Below are positions 33,470 to 42,800 of a stretch of 64,000 nucleotides of DNA, piece by piece. The translations under genes and the position numbers were made by a program. The notes beneath the pieces were generated by a model. It worked only from the letters and a program-made list of their open reading frames with translations, ran no database searches and was not told the origin of the DNA. The stretch is taken from contig CAWCPV010000015.1 of NCBI GenBank assembly GCA_963797555.1, positions 10,585 through 74,584 of the forward strand, given 5' to 3'. Position 1 is the stretch's first letter, and each line of letters starts with the position of its first letter. Origin of the DNA: an uncultured Gammaproteobacteria bacterium (lineage in GTDB: Bacteria; Pseudomonadota; Gammaproteobacteria; CAWCPV01).

Positions 33470-35116
33470 ATGTCCATGCGCCATCCCACTATCGGACGTT
33501 ATCTCCTGCAGAGCCTGCACCGGGCCGGCATCGGGCATGTGTTCGGAGTGCCCGGTGACTATGTGTTGCGCTTCTACGATGAGCTGACGCGCGGGCCGCT
33601 GGTGCACATCGGGACGACACGCGAAGACACGGCGGCATTCGCGGCGGATGGCTATGCGCGCTGCCGCGATCTGGGTGCGCTGGCGGTGACCTATGGGGTC
33701 GGGGCGCTCAATGTGGTGAACGCGGTGGCAGGGGCTTTCGCGGAGTCCTCGCCGGTGGTGGTGATCAGCGGTGGCCCGGGCGTGCGTGAGCGGCGCGAGG
33801 ACCCGCTGATCCACCACCGCTTCGGCCCCTTTACTTTTCAGCGCGAGATCTTCGAGCGCATCACCTGCGCCACCGCGGTGCTGGATGATCCGCTCACCGC
33901 CTTCCGCGAGATCGACCGCACCGTGCAGGCGGCGCGCTCGCACCGCAAGCCCGTCTATATCGAGCTGCCGCGCGACGCCGTGGATACGCCGGGCTTTCCG
34001 GTGCCTTCCGAGCCATTGAGCGAGCCGGGCAGCGATCCCGCTACGCTGCAGGAGGCGGTCGAAGAAACCGTGGCACAGCTCGCCCGCGCCGCACACCCCG
34101 TCGTATTGGCTGGTGTCGAGGTGCACCGGCGCACACTCCAGGACGAGCTGGCGCGTTTCGTGCTGCGCACGCACTTGCCGGTCGCGGCGACGCTCACCGG
34201 CAAGTCGGTGATCGGGGAGCGGCATCCGGCCTACCTTGGCGTCTACGAGGGAGCGATGGGCGCTGAGGCGGCACGACGCGCCGTAGAGGAGGCGGACCTG
34301 CTGCTGATGTTCGGCGTCACGCTCAACGACGTCGATCTCGGCGTGTACACCGCTCGCCTCGACCCCAACCGCATGGTGCGTGCCAGCCAAAACGAGGTGG
34401 TGATCCGTCACCACCGCTATGCGCAGGTGTCGCTGCGCGATTTTCTGGTGGCACTGGCCGAGACCGCGCCGCAGTTGAGTGTGGTCTGGCCCGAAGCCGG
34501 CTGTGGTCCCACCGCGCCCGGGTTCCCCGAGGCCGGACGGCCCATGTCCACGGCACGCCTGATCGGGCGCTTGAACACCGCCTTGACGCCGGATATGACG
34601 GTCGTGGCCGACACCGGTGATTGCCTGTTCGCGGCCATCGAGATGCGCGTGCACGAGCGCACCGAGTTCCTGGCCTCGGCGTTCTACACCACCATGGGCT
34701 TCGCGGTGCCGGCCGCGCTCGGCGCACAGGTCGCGCGCCCCGAGCGCCGCCCGCTGATCCTGGTCGGCGACGGGGCGTTCCAGATGACCGGCACCGAGCT
34801 TGCTACCGCCGCGCGTCTAAAGCTCGATCCCATCGTGGTGGTGTTCAACAACGGCGGCTACGGCACAGAGCGCTACATCCTCGATGGGCCGTTCAACGAC
34901 ATCAGCGCATGGCGCTTCGATCGCCTGGGGGAACTGTTCGGCCCGCTGCACGGCTTCGATGCGCCCGATGAGGCGTCGTTCGAACGCGCGTTGCTGGCCG
35001 CGCTGGATCTGCGTGCGGCACCGAGCGTGATCAACGTGCACCTTGCGCCCGACGATGCCTCTCCGGCGATGCGCAGGCTCGCCGAGCATCTGCGCGCCCG
35101 CATAGCCGGTCAGTGA
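33470..35116 (+). CDS. Thiamine-diphosphate-dependent alpha-keto acid decarboxylase (pyruvate/indolepyruvate decarboxylase family)
   Basis: FGVPGDY, AADGYAR, TYGVG, IHH, GDGAFQMTG...NN TPP motif. Confidence 0.93.
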   Translation: MSMRHPTIGRYLLQSLHRAGIGHVFGVPGDYVLRFYDELTRGPLVHIGTTREDTAAFAADGYARCRDLGALAVTYGVGALNVVNAVAGAFAESSPVVVISGGPGVRERREDPLIHHRFGPFTFQREIFERITCATAVLDDPLTAFREIDRTVQAARSHRKPVYIELPRDAVDTPGFPVPSEPLSEPGSDPATLQEAVEETVAQLARAAHPVVLAGVEVHRRTLQDELARFVLRTHLPVAATLTGKSVIGERHPAYLGVYEGAMGAEAARRAVEEADLLLMFGVTLNDVDLGVYTARLDPNRMVRASQNEVVIRHHRYAQVSLRDFLVALAETAPQLSVVWPEAGCGPTAPGFPEAGRPMSTARLIGRLNTALTPDMTVVADTGDCLFAAIEMRVHERTEFLASAFYTTMGFAVPAALGAQVARPERRPLILVGDGAFQMTGTELATAARLKLDPIVVVFNNGGYGTERYILDGPFNDISAWRFDRLGELFGPLHGFDAPDEASFERALLAALDLRAAPSVINVHLAPDDASPAMRRLAEHLRARIAGQ

Positions 35117-35184
35117 GGAGTCGGGCGCGACGGCGCCGGGCGCGCCCTCGGACAGCGGCCCGAATCGGCCGCTGCCCCAACCCC

Positions 35185-35300
35185 AGAGCTTGCGAACAAA
35201 TCGTCGCCAACGGTCCGATAACAAGGCGCGCGTCGCGTAGCAGACGACGAGACCTAAGTGGAGAGGCGAGGAACGCGCACCGCGCACTGCCGCAACGACT
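35185..35300. repeat. MITE-like repeat family, inverted copy 3
   Basis: AGAGCTTGCGAACAAATCGTCGCCAACGGTCCGATAACAAGGCGCG is the reverse complement of the right ends at 50724 and 52635, with mismatches. Confidence 0.45.
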
Positions 35301-35330
35301 GGAGGCGCTCGCAGCCGTATGCCGCCGCCT

Positions 35331-36383
35331 TCAAACCAGACCACGCTCGGACAGCTCGTGTTTGAGATAGGCGTAATAAATTGGGGCGGCGACGAGACCG
35401 CCGATGCCGAAGGCCGCCTCCATCACCATCATCGCAACCAGCAGTTCCCAGGCACGCGAGTGGATGCGCGCACCCACGATGCGCGCGTTGAGGAAGTATT
35501 CCAGCTTGTGGATGACGACCAGGAATGCCAACGATGCGCCTGCGACGTAGAGGGAGCTGCCCAGGCTCACGAGCACGATCAGCGTGTTCGAGATGATGTT
35601 CCCGACGATGGGTAAGAGGCCCACGACGAAGGTCAGGACCATCAGGGTCTTGGCCAGCGGCAGGTAGACGCCGAAAGCTGGCAGCACGACCGTGAGATAA
35701 ATTGCGGTCAGCGTCGTGTTGATGGCGGCGATGGATACCTGGGCGAATACCACCCGACGGAAGGACGTCGCCAGATGACTGGCGCGCAGGGCCAGAGCCC
35801 GCGCCAGCGGCCCGGGGGCCTCGAGCGGTTTCGCTTCACGAAGAGCGACGAGCGCCCCGACAACCATGCCGATCAGGATGTGCGCCAGAGCTCGCCCGAC
35901 TTCTTTGCCCGCGCCCTGAACCTCGCCCGCGTGCTCGCGCAGCCACCCCACCACCGTCTCGCGTACCTCGTCGGTCGTGGTCGGCAGTTTTGCCGCGAGC
36001 GCCTGCGGTAGTGTCGAGCGGGCTCCTTCGATGATCTGCGCCATCTTTTTAAGCAGTGCCGGGAGACTCCCGACCTCGCTGCGGAAGAACGCTGCCACGC
36101 CGGCTACCGCGAGGGTGACCGCAACGACGACGAAAGCCGCCAAGATGGCCACCGCGACCCTCCTTGCCGCTTCGCTCGACAGTCGGCGGTGCAGGCGCGG
36201 CGCGACCAAGTGGACGAGCTCATATACCAGGAGTCCGGCAAACAACGCGGGCACCAGATGCAGGGGAGGGACGAGCAACAGCGCCGTCCCCGCCGCGATC
36301 CAGGCGGCAATCTCGTACCCGGTCGGTCTTGCCGGTGCTACGTCGGCAGCAGTCTTCAGAGCGAATGGATGGTCGGATGGCAT
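35331..36383 (-). CDS. AI-2E family transporter
   Basis: Multi-TM; FAQVSIAAINT, GLLPIVGN, HKLEYFLNARIVG. Confidence 0.88.
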   Translation of the reverse strand: MPSDHPFALKTAADVAPARPTGYEIAAWIAAGTALLLVPPLHLVPALFAGLLVYELVHLVAPRLHRRLSSEAARRVAVAILAAFVVVAVTLAVAGVAAFFRSEVGSLPALLKKMAQIIEGARSTLPQALAAKLPTTTDEVRETVVGWLREHAGEVQGAGKEVGRALAHILIGMVVGALVALREAKPLEAPGPLARALALRASHLATSFRRVVFAQVSIAAINTTLTAIYLTVVLPAFGVYLPLAKTLMVLTFVVGLLPIVGNIISNTLIVLVSLGSSLYVAGASLAFLVVIHKLEYFLNARIVGARIHSRAWELLVAMMVMEAAFGIGGLVAAPIYYAYLKHELSERGLV

Positions 36384-36921
36384 GGTATGTCGCGCGTGTC
36401 ATGGGCCGCGGGGTCGTTGCATGCTTGGCCCGAGAGGCTGCCGGTGGGCCTGGAATGCACGAACCCGTGAGCAATGATAACAGCGGGCGGCTGCGAAGCT
36501 GATCCAGACCCTCCCCGTTCATCGCAGCGCACGCGAGGATCTGTGCCGCCGCGGCGGTACGCTGGATCGAAAACCTGGATGAAACGGACCGAGTCGCCAA
36601 GCTAGCCCTGTAAAGCCGGACCGTGGATGGACTGGGAGCTACCGGTATCGGAGAAACCTGCTGCAGCGAGGAGAGCGGAGGGACTGCACCGGCAAAAAAG
36701 GCTCACCCCCTGGCCCTTTCCGGGAACGTCGGCCGTGGTGAAAGAGAAATCGGCGCCGGCCGACCGCATGCGACGCCACAAGCCGTGAGCAGGCGGCGTG
36801 TGCAGCCATGACAGGTAGGGAAAAGAGAGCAGGCCCTTTCCTCGGCGTTCGATACACGACTCGCTGCCCGCATGTTGATGCTTCAATCATCGTGATGACA
36901 GAACATCACCAGGAGTATCCT

Positions 36922-37152
36922 ATGCGCAACACGCTCGACCTGGACGAAGACGCTACCGCGGTAATCATGGAGCTGGCACACACTCACAACTTTTCCATCG
37001 GAAAGGAAGTCTCCCGGCTGGTTCGCGAGGCGCTCCAGGCGCGCCCAGGGGGTCATGGGGAGAGCGTGGCTGGCTTCGAGCCCTTTCCGGCAGAGGGTAG
37101 GCTGGTCACGAACGAGATCATAGACCGTCTGCGCGACCTGGAAGGCGTTTGA
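36922..37152 (+). CDS. Ribbon-helix-helix antitoxin (VapB-like)
   Basis: AGGAG RBS, MRNTLDLDED...VSRLVREAL...VTNEIIDRLRD; overlaps a PIN gene start. Confidence 0.75.
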   Translation: MRNTLDLDEDATAVIMELAHTHNFSIGKEVSRLVREALQARPGGHGESVAGFEPFPAEGRLVTNEIIDRLRDLEGV

Positions 37153-37290
37153 TGCGGGCTCCGCTCGATATCAACGCGTTGATCGCGGTTCTGGATGCCG
37201 CCCACGTGCATCGCCTCCCTGCGCGGGTGTGACCGGCGGGCGGCGATCGCTCACGGCTGGGCCTCCTGCCCGATCACCCAGAACGGCCCC
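37152..37290 (+). pseudogene. VapC/PIN toxin N-terminal remnant
   Basis: [20 protein letters not shown] then stop and frameshift; [11 protein letters not shown]; rest deleted. Confidence 0.7.
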
Positions 37291-37311
37291 GAAAATTCTG
37301 GAGATCTAGTG

Positions 37312-37620
37312 ATGTCTGCCCGCATCGCCGTGCCCCGCGACCATATTGCAGATTTCTGTCGGCGCAACCACATCCGTCGGCTCGCACTGTTCGGCTCGGT
37401 GCTCCGCGAGGACTTCGGTCCAAGAAGCGACGTGGATATCCTGGTAGAGTTCGAGGAGGGCTACACCCCAGGGTTTCTCGGGCTCGCGAGGATGGAGCGG
37501 GAGCTTTCCGAGGTGTTCGGCGGCCGCAAGGTGGACCTGCGCACGCGCGCGGACCTCAGCCGCTATTTCCGCGACGAGGTGGTCGCTGCGGCGGAGCTGG
37601 AGTATGAGACACCAGGATGA
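37312..37620 (+). CDS. Minimal nucleotidyltransferase (MntA-type antitoxin)
   Basis: [19 protein letters not shown]. Confidence 0.9.
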   Translation: MSARIAVPRDHIADFCRRNHIRRLALFGSVLREDFGPRSDVDILVEFEEGYTPGFLGLARMERELSEVFGGRKVDLRTRADLSRYFRDEVVAAAELEYETPG

Positions 37621-37951
37621 AATCCGCCTGCGGCACATGCTGGACGCGGTTCGAGAGGCGATGTCGTTCGCCCGTCATCGAACGAGACAGGACCTCGATG
37701 CGGACCGCATGCTCGTCCTCGCCCTGGTGAAGGACATCGAGATCATCGGGGAAGCGGCGAACAGCATCAGCCAGGAAACCCGCGCCAGGCTGCGCCACAT
37801 CCCATGGCGCGACATCGTGGGCATGCGGAACCGGCTGATCCACGCGTACTTCGATGTCGACTTGGACGTGGTGTGGCAGACGGTGACCAGTGACCTGCCT
37901 GCATTGGAGCCGCTGCTCGTCGACGCACTGGGGACTCCGCCCAACTCGTGA
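37604..37951 (+). CDS. HEPN toxin (HepT/DUF86)
   Basis: [19 protein letters not shown] RxxxxH motif; overlaps MNT gene. Confidence 0.9.
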   Translation: MRHQDEIRLRHMLDAVREAMSFARHRTRQDLDADRMLVLALVKDIEIIGEAANSISQETRARLRHIPWRDIVGMRNRLIHAYFDVDLDVVWQTVTSDLPALEPLLVDALGTPPNS

Positions 37952-38180
37952 ACCGGGCGTCGTCGACCGGCTCACCTTCGACTCCCCTTACCCGGAGCCG
38001 CGCCAGCACTGGGCAGTACGACCGCGACAGCCGATCCTTCCGCCTGAAGGAAGGGCGGCGCCCCGCGGGTTACGCGTGGCCGCCCCCCGCTCCCGTTCCT
38101 TGGACCACCCGGGCGTCTTCGTCCCCACCCCGCTGGTCAACCGCATGCGGGACCGCGTGCGGGCGTGGCGGCAGGGTCAG
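37948..38180 (+). pseudogene. N-terminal stub of a type III-like restriction endonuclease/helicase (BPTD_3080-like, from memory)
   Basis: VDRLTFDSPYPEPRQHW / DRDSRSFRLKEGRRPAGY / DHPGVFVPTPLVNRMRDRVRAWR across frames. Confidence 0.6.
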
Positions 38181-38612
38181 CCTCAAGCCCGCCAGAGGGC
38201 ATGCCGTGCGAGCAACCAGTGTGGGCTCCGCACGTGGAACCGCGGCAGAAGGATGTGCGCCGACAGCCGGTCCAAGACTCGAGGCGCAGCTCCGTTTGCC
38301 CGTCGGACAGGGCTTTGGGCAAGCGGTGGACCAGGGCCGCTCCGTCGGCCGCTCGCTTGGTCTTCACGGTCATTGGCGTCAGACGCGCCCGAAGCTACCT
38401 CCCATCACCCCGTCGAGTCGCATGCGCTTTCGTAGTTCTGGGACTCTCGGGCCCGCGCCGTTTCCCAATGGGAGTCCCATCTATGGACAGTGCTCCGTTG
38501 CTTGAATCGGCAGGGACGGTACGCCGCAACTGCGGCATGATGAGCGGATCTCGTCAAGTTCGGGGGCTTAAGGATCTGACCCGCAGCCCGGATGCTTGCT
38601 CCGGGTCTCCAC

Positions 38613-38709
38613 CGTCATTCCGGCTGGGAAGCCGGAATCCAGCGGCCACGGACGGCATGGCTCGGCCTCCGTGCGCCTGGATTCCGTACAGTCCCTGTAC
38701 GGAATGACG
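38613..38709. repeat. Palindromic REP-like element (double hairpin)
   Basis: CGTCATTCCGGC..GCCGGAATCCAG ... CTGGATTCCGTAC..GTACGGAATGACG. Confidence 0.65.
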
Positions 38710-38798
38710 AGCTGCGCGTAAGGACGTGGGTTTGACCGGGCGTACGCGACGTGCTGCAATGGAACGCGTGATAAGCGGTTCATCAGGAAGGTCCCGGC

Positions 38799-39305
38799 AT
38801 GAGTGCAGCGCAACGTTTCGTTCCCGATCCGAGAGTCGAGGCCGCCATCGAATTCGGCCTCGGCCTTGAGATCGATGCCCCGTGGGAGACCAATGGACAA
38901 GGACAGATCATCCTGAATCCGCCCATCGGTCTCGCCCACGCCAAGCGTGCCGACCGCATTGCCGTGGCCATCCGGTCGCTCCTGCCCGACTGGCACGTGT
39001 GGTCAGGAGTCGGGATCCATACCGCCGACGGGGTGAAAGCGCCCGATCTGGCCGTCGCTCCCCCGGATTTTGACGAAGCCACGGACTCGCGGGGCTTCCT
39101 CGTCCGCGCACCGGACATCTGCGTGGAGATCATGTCGCCCTCCAATACCTGGGAAGAGATGCGTCACAAGACACTGCTCTATCTGGCCGCCGGGGCGAAG
39201 GAGGTGTGGGTGTGCGACGAAAGCGGGGCGCTGCATTTCTTCGACGGCGCCGGAGAGCGAAGCGCATCGGCCTTGGCCACCGGGATGGCCAGCAGTATCG
39301 GCTGA
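38799..39305 (+). CDS. Uma2 family PD-(D/E)xK endonuclease-fold protein
   Basis: KAPDLAV, APDICVEIMSPSN, YLAAGAKEVW. Confidence 0.9.
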   Translation: MSAAQRFVPDPRVEAAIEFGLGLEIDAPWETNGQGQIILNPPIGLAHAKRADRIAVAIRSLLPDWHVWSGVGIHTADGVKAPDLAVAPPDFDEATDSRGFLVRAPDICVEIMSPSNTWEEMRHKTLLYLAAGAKEVWVCDESGALHFFDGAGERSASALATGMASSIG

Positions 39306-39535
39306 GACTGACGCAGTGACTCTCCGCATGGGGTGTGCCCGCACCGCAGACACAGCGTCGGTCGACGCGGAGAATTCGCGCGTGGGCCGTTATGTTGGCA
39401 GAAGTTGTCGACTTCCTTGCGCTCCTTGCACGGCATTTCACCAGTGTCGAAAGAATTGTGCGTGCAGCGCGAAGAGCGGAGCGAGAATTCCGCTGACCCA
39501 AGGGTGACCCCGTGGTCGTGGGCATTTCTTCGTTG

Positions 39536-41630
39536 CTAGCCGGAAATAAATATTTCTTTCGCGTGGAACTGACTTACTCCAATGTCATCTGTGCCGGACC
39601 ACTTTCCAACAATATCTATGTGTTTTTCTAGGAACTTCAGCTTCTTCCCAGGCCATGGACAGAGTAGATCCTCTGGGTTCTTGGGCGATCCACCCACATA
39701 GACCGATATCTGGCCATGAGTAAAGATAATCCCAATTGTCTTTCCATTGTATTTGGCATCAAAGCCACCCATTCGGTTCCCGCAGCCATTATTACCTATC
39801 GGTGTAACCGTGATCGTCTCAGATTTAGATGGGGTATTGATAGCATGGACAGCCGCTGTGGGCTCGATCACTATAGCAAGCGGACAGGGATTTACGTCAC
39901 AGGCATGCCCCGTCAAGCACTTGTCCCAATCCTTGGATCGAAAATACAAGATGACATGCGCAGATTCTTGTCGCATCGCCCGCCTTCCGGTCTCCCAGTC
40001 GACATCGCCACGGCCGATGCGAAAGTAAAGTTCGTCGTAACTACTGCACATGAAGCCATATTGTGCGTTATTGTCGTCGGCCTTAATGGAGAATGACCAG
40101 AAGCCGCCAGACCCGGATGGTTCTTCGACCGTCGTCATTCTCCCAGACAACGTCATGGTTCCGTGGGCTAGAATCTTGTCGACCTGGCCAGCTTCTTGGT
40201 TCAGCCGAACGCGTTCGGCGATGAGTTGCCGTTTCTCGGCCTCGTTCGCAGCATCATTCTTCTGCACAACCCCAGGTACGCCCTTCTCCGGTGCCCATGT
40301 GGTGGCGTCACGCGGCTTATTGCCAATCGTGTAGATGACTCCGATAACCAATGCCACCAGGACCAGGGCCACGAGGCGCGGCCAAGGGCGTTTGGGCTGA
40401 GGAGGCGTGGGCGTGGGGGGAGGTTTAACAGTCTGCCTTGGTACTGGGCCGGGCGCCGGGCGCGTCGGCTGAGGCTGGGGTTGCGGGGGTGGTTGGGGCT
40501 TCGGTTGCGCGGCGGGTGTGGGCTGCGCAGCCAAGGTAGATACGGTGGTGGGCGGTCGGAATCGGGTTCGCACCACGAGGGGCTCGAGGACCTGGATCCA
40601 CTGCCTGTAGCTCGCCCGGGCGTTACGGCTTATGGCATCCGCACCCTTCCAGAAGGTCGCTTCAAAGGGGCGCTTTAGGGAGTCCTGGGTAGCCGCGTAG
40701 GTCTGGCGGTAGTGGGCGTAGAACTCGCTGTTGTCCGCTTCGAAGTTGTCGTAGGACGGATCGACCTCCGGCCAGCGATAGCGGGAAACATAAGCTTCGA
40801 GTCCCCTCGGACCCAGGACATGGAGGTAGAAGTAGGGGAAGCAAGCAAACAGAAAGTAGTGCACCCCGACCGCCACGGACCAGGTGTCCGTGAGCAGGTC
40901 CACGGTCACAGTGCTCTGCCCGTCGGATGCCTGACTCCGTTGCGCGTTGATCTCTGGCGCCACCCACTCGTCGCCCTTGCCGAAGGTGGTGGGCGCATCC
41001 TCCGGGCGATCGACCACCACCCCGCTGTCATAGTCGATCAGGACCAAGTGCCCATCGGTTCAAATTGACGAACAAATTCGGTGGGTTGACGTCGGCGTGG
41101 ATGTAGTACAGCTCGCGGAGGATGGCGAAGCACTCCGCCAGCTCCAGCGCCAACTGGCGCTTGAGGTTGCTGTCAAGATGCAGGAACTCCCGGAAGCGGT
41201 GGTCCAGGCGGTGGTCCAGGATGTCCTCGAAGCTGGTGAAGTAGCTCGGGTCGAGCCAATGGGCGGCGTACCCCAGCACCGACTGATGACCCAGTTGTCC
41301 TTCGAAGCTGAACTGAGGCAAGGCGTACAGACCCGGAACCGCAGCGAGTGACTTGCCCTCGCGGGCCAGCTCCTCCTGCTTGCTGCGGACCCGTGCCTGG
41401 AGTTTGCGAATCGTCTCGTAGCTGCGCCGGTCGTTGCCTCCCGGGTCGGGCTTGAAGAGCTTGATCACCAGAGCCACCGGCGGGGATGCATTGTTCACCG
41501 CCAGGCATCGGTAAATCTGTCCGAAACCCCCTTCGCTGAAGGGCCGCGCGTCAATCTCGACGGATTGCAACTGCTCCCAGCCAGCCGTGAGACCGCTACT
41601 CTGCGATTGCGTGATTCGAATGGCAGGCAT
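39536..41630 (-). CDS. Membrane Ser/Thr kinase copy A (YegI/TerY-associated type) + Pro-rich linker + TM + unknown extracytoplasmic region; frameshift near 41055
   Basis: EGGFGQIY, VIKLF, HADVNPPN, LIDYDSG, APE, DTWS motifs; TM LVALVLVALVIGVIY. Confidence 0.82.
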
Positions 41631-41637
41631 TACATGG
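40505..41637. repeat. 1,133-bp direct repeat copy 1 (kinase module)
   Basis: Matches 44291-45423 (offset 3786); only one 2-nt difference seen (GAGTCC vs GAGCTC). Confidence 0.92.
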
Positions 41638-41811
41638 AAGGCCGGGGGCCGCCCCTAAGTCCTCTCCTCGTCGGCGCGCGGGCCTATCGGGGCTCCGGGT
41701 GTGCAAGGAGCGGAGTACGGCTTGGTGATCGCGACAGGTGCCTTTCGTGCCGCACTCTGGGAATGGGGAGTCAGGGTGCTTCAGTTCCGGAGATTGGCAA
41801 CTGACCGACAG

Positions 41812-42012
41812 TTACGGGATTCCACGGAGAAGACGAAATACAAACCGAGCCAGCCGAAAGGGCGCCAGAAATAACGCCCTTACTACATACGCCGCCAATG
41901 TGCCAACCATTTCTGCCCACCCCTCTTTTCCTAGGCTGAATCTTCCCAACGCCACCAGCATGACAATCAATATGCCAGCGGCCACGAGTAACGGAAGTGC
42001 AGTTTCCTTCAT
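41812..42012 (-). CDS. Small putative membrane protein (66 aa)
   Basis: Two hydrophobic segments, basic C-terminus, purine-rich upstream; lies between the two kinases on the same strand. Confidence 0.4.
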   Translation of the reverse strand: MKETALPLLVAAGILIVMLVALGRFSLGKEGWAEMVGTLAAYVVRALFLAPFRLARFVFRLLRGIP

Positions 42013-42800
42013 CCCTTCGTCGTCTCCTAACATCCCGTTCATCCGACGCCAGCGGCAACGCAGCGCACGCATCTCCTCGGTTAGCTTCGTCCGGCAATCG
42101 CAATACTGTTTCCCGAAGTGGGAGAGGCCGTGGCCGTTCGCCGGTAACTGCTGCTGTGCGCGCCGCGGGCGGCCGGGTCTGCCAATCCGTCTTCACCGTT
42201 TTTTCTCGTACATGTAACCCGTGCCATTACAATTAGGGCAAGTCTTTTCTTTTCCTGGCCCCAATAAACCATGGTCACGGACGGTCCCTTTGCCGCCACA
42301 TCTTGGACACTCGACCTTCTTTCCAGACATTGGAGGTTCCCTCGCGTGATGAGCGTGTCAAATCCCAATCGCTATGCCCCACTATATCGCTATGCCCCAC
42401 CATAAAGAGACGACGCCTAAAGCTCCAGCAACCGCCGGCCACCCTCCTTCAGCCACCAGCCCAGACGCTCGCCCATCCTGCGCCAGGGTTCCGCAGCCTG
42501 TGCGGGGGGCCACGTAGCTGCGCTGAGGAGGCCTCGATGCTCCGCCGCGCCACGGTGCGAAGTCGATTTGGGCGGGGTCGGCCAGACGAGAAGTTTTATG
42601 AGTGAAGCGCCATCTGAGCTGGAGGTCTGCCGAGACGACCTCCGCAATGTCTCCTCTGCGGCGGGACCCCCTCCGGCCCCGAAAGCCACCGCGGCGATGG
42701 GGAGATGGGCCTCCACTCCCGTGAGCAACGCACTGGCTCCCAACGAGACCGACGACAGGGGAGGGCGACGCGCCAACGCCAGTCGCATTTGTTCACCTTC

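Noticed and set aside
36600-36720. SAM-I riboswitch-like GAGAGCGGAGGGACTG
   Set aside because: Only a short partial match; other conserved elements and a fitting downstream gene are missing
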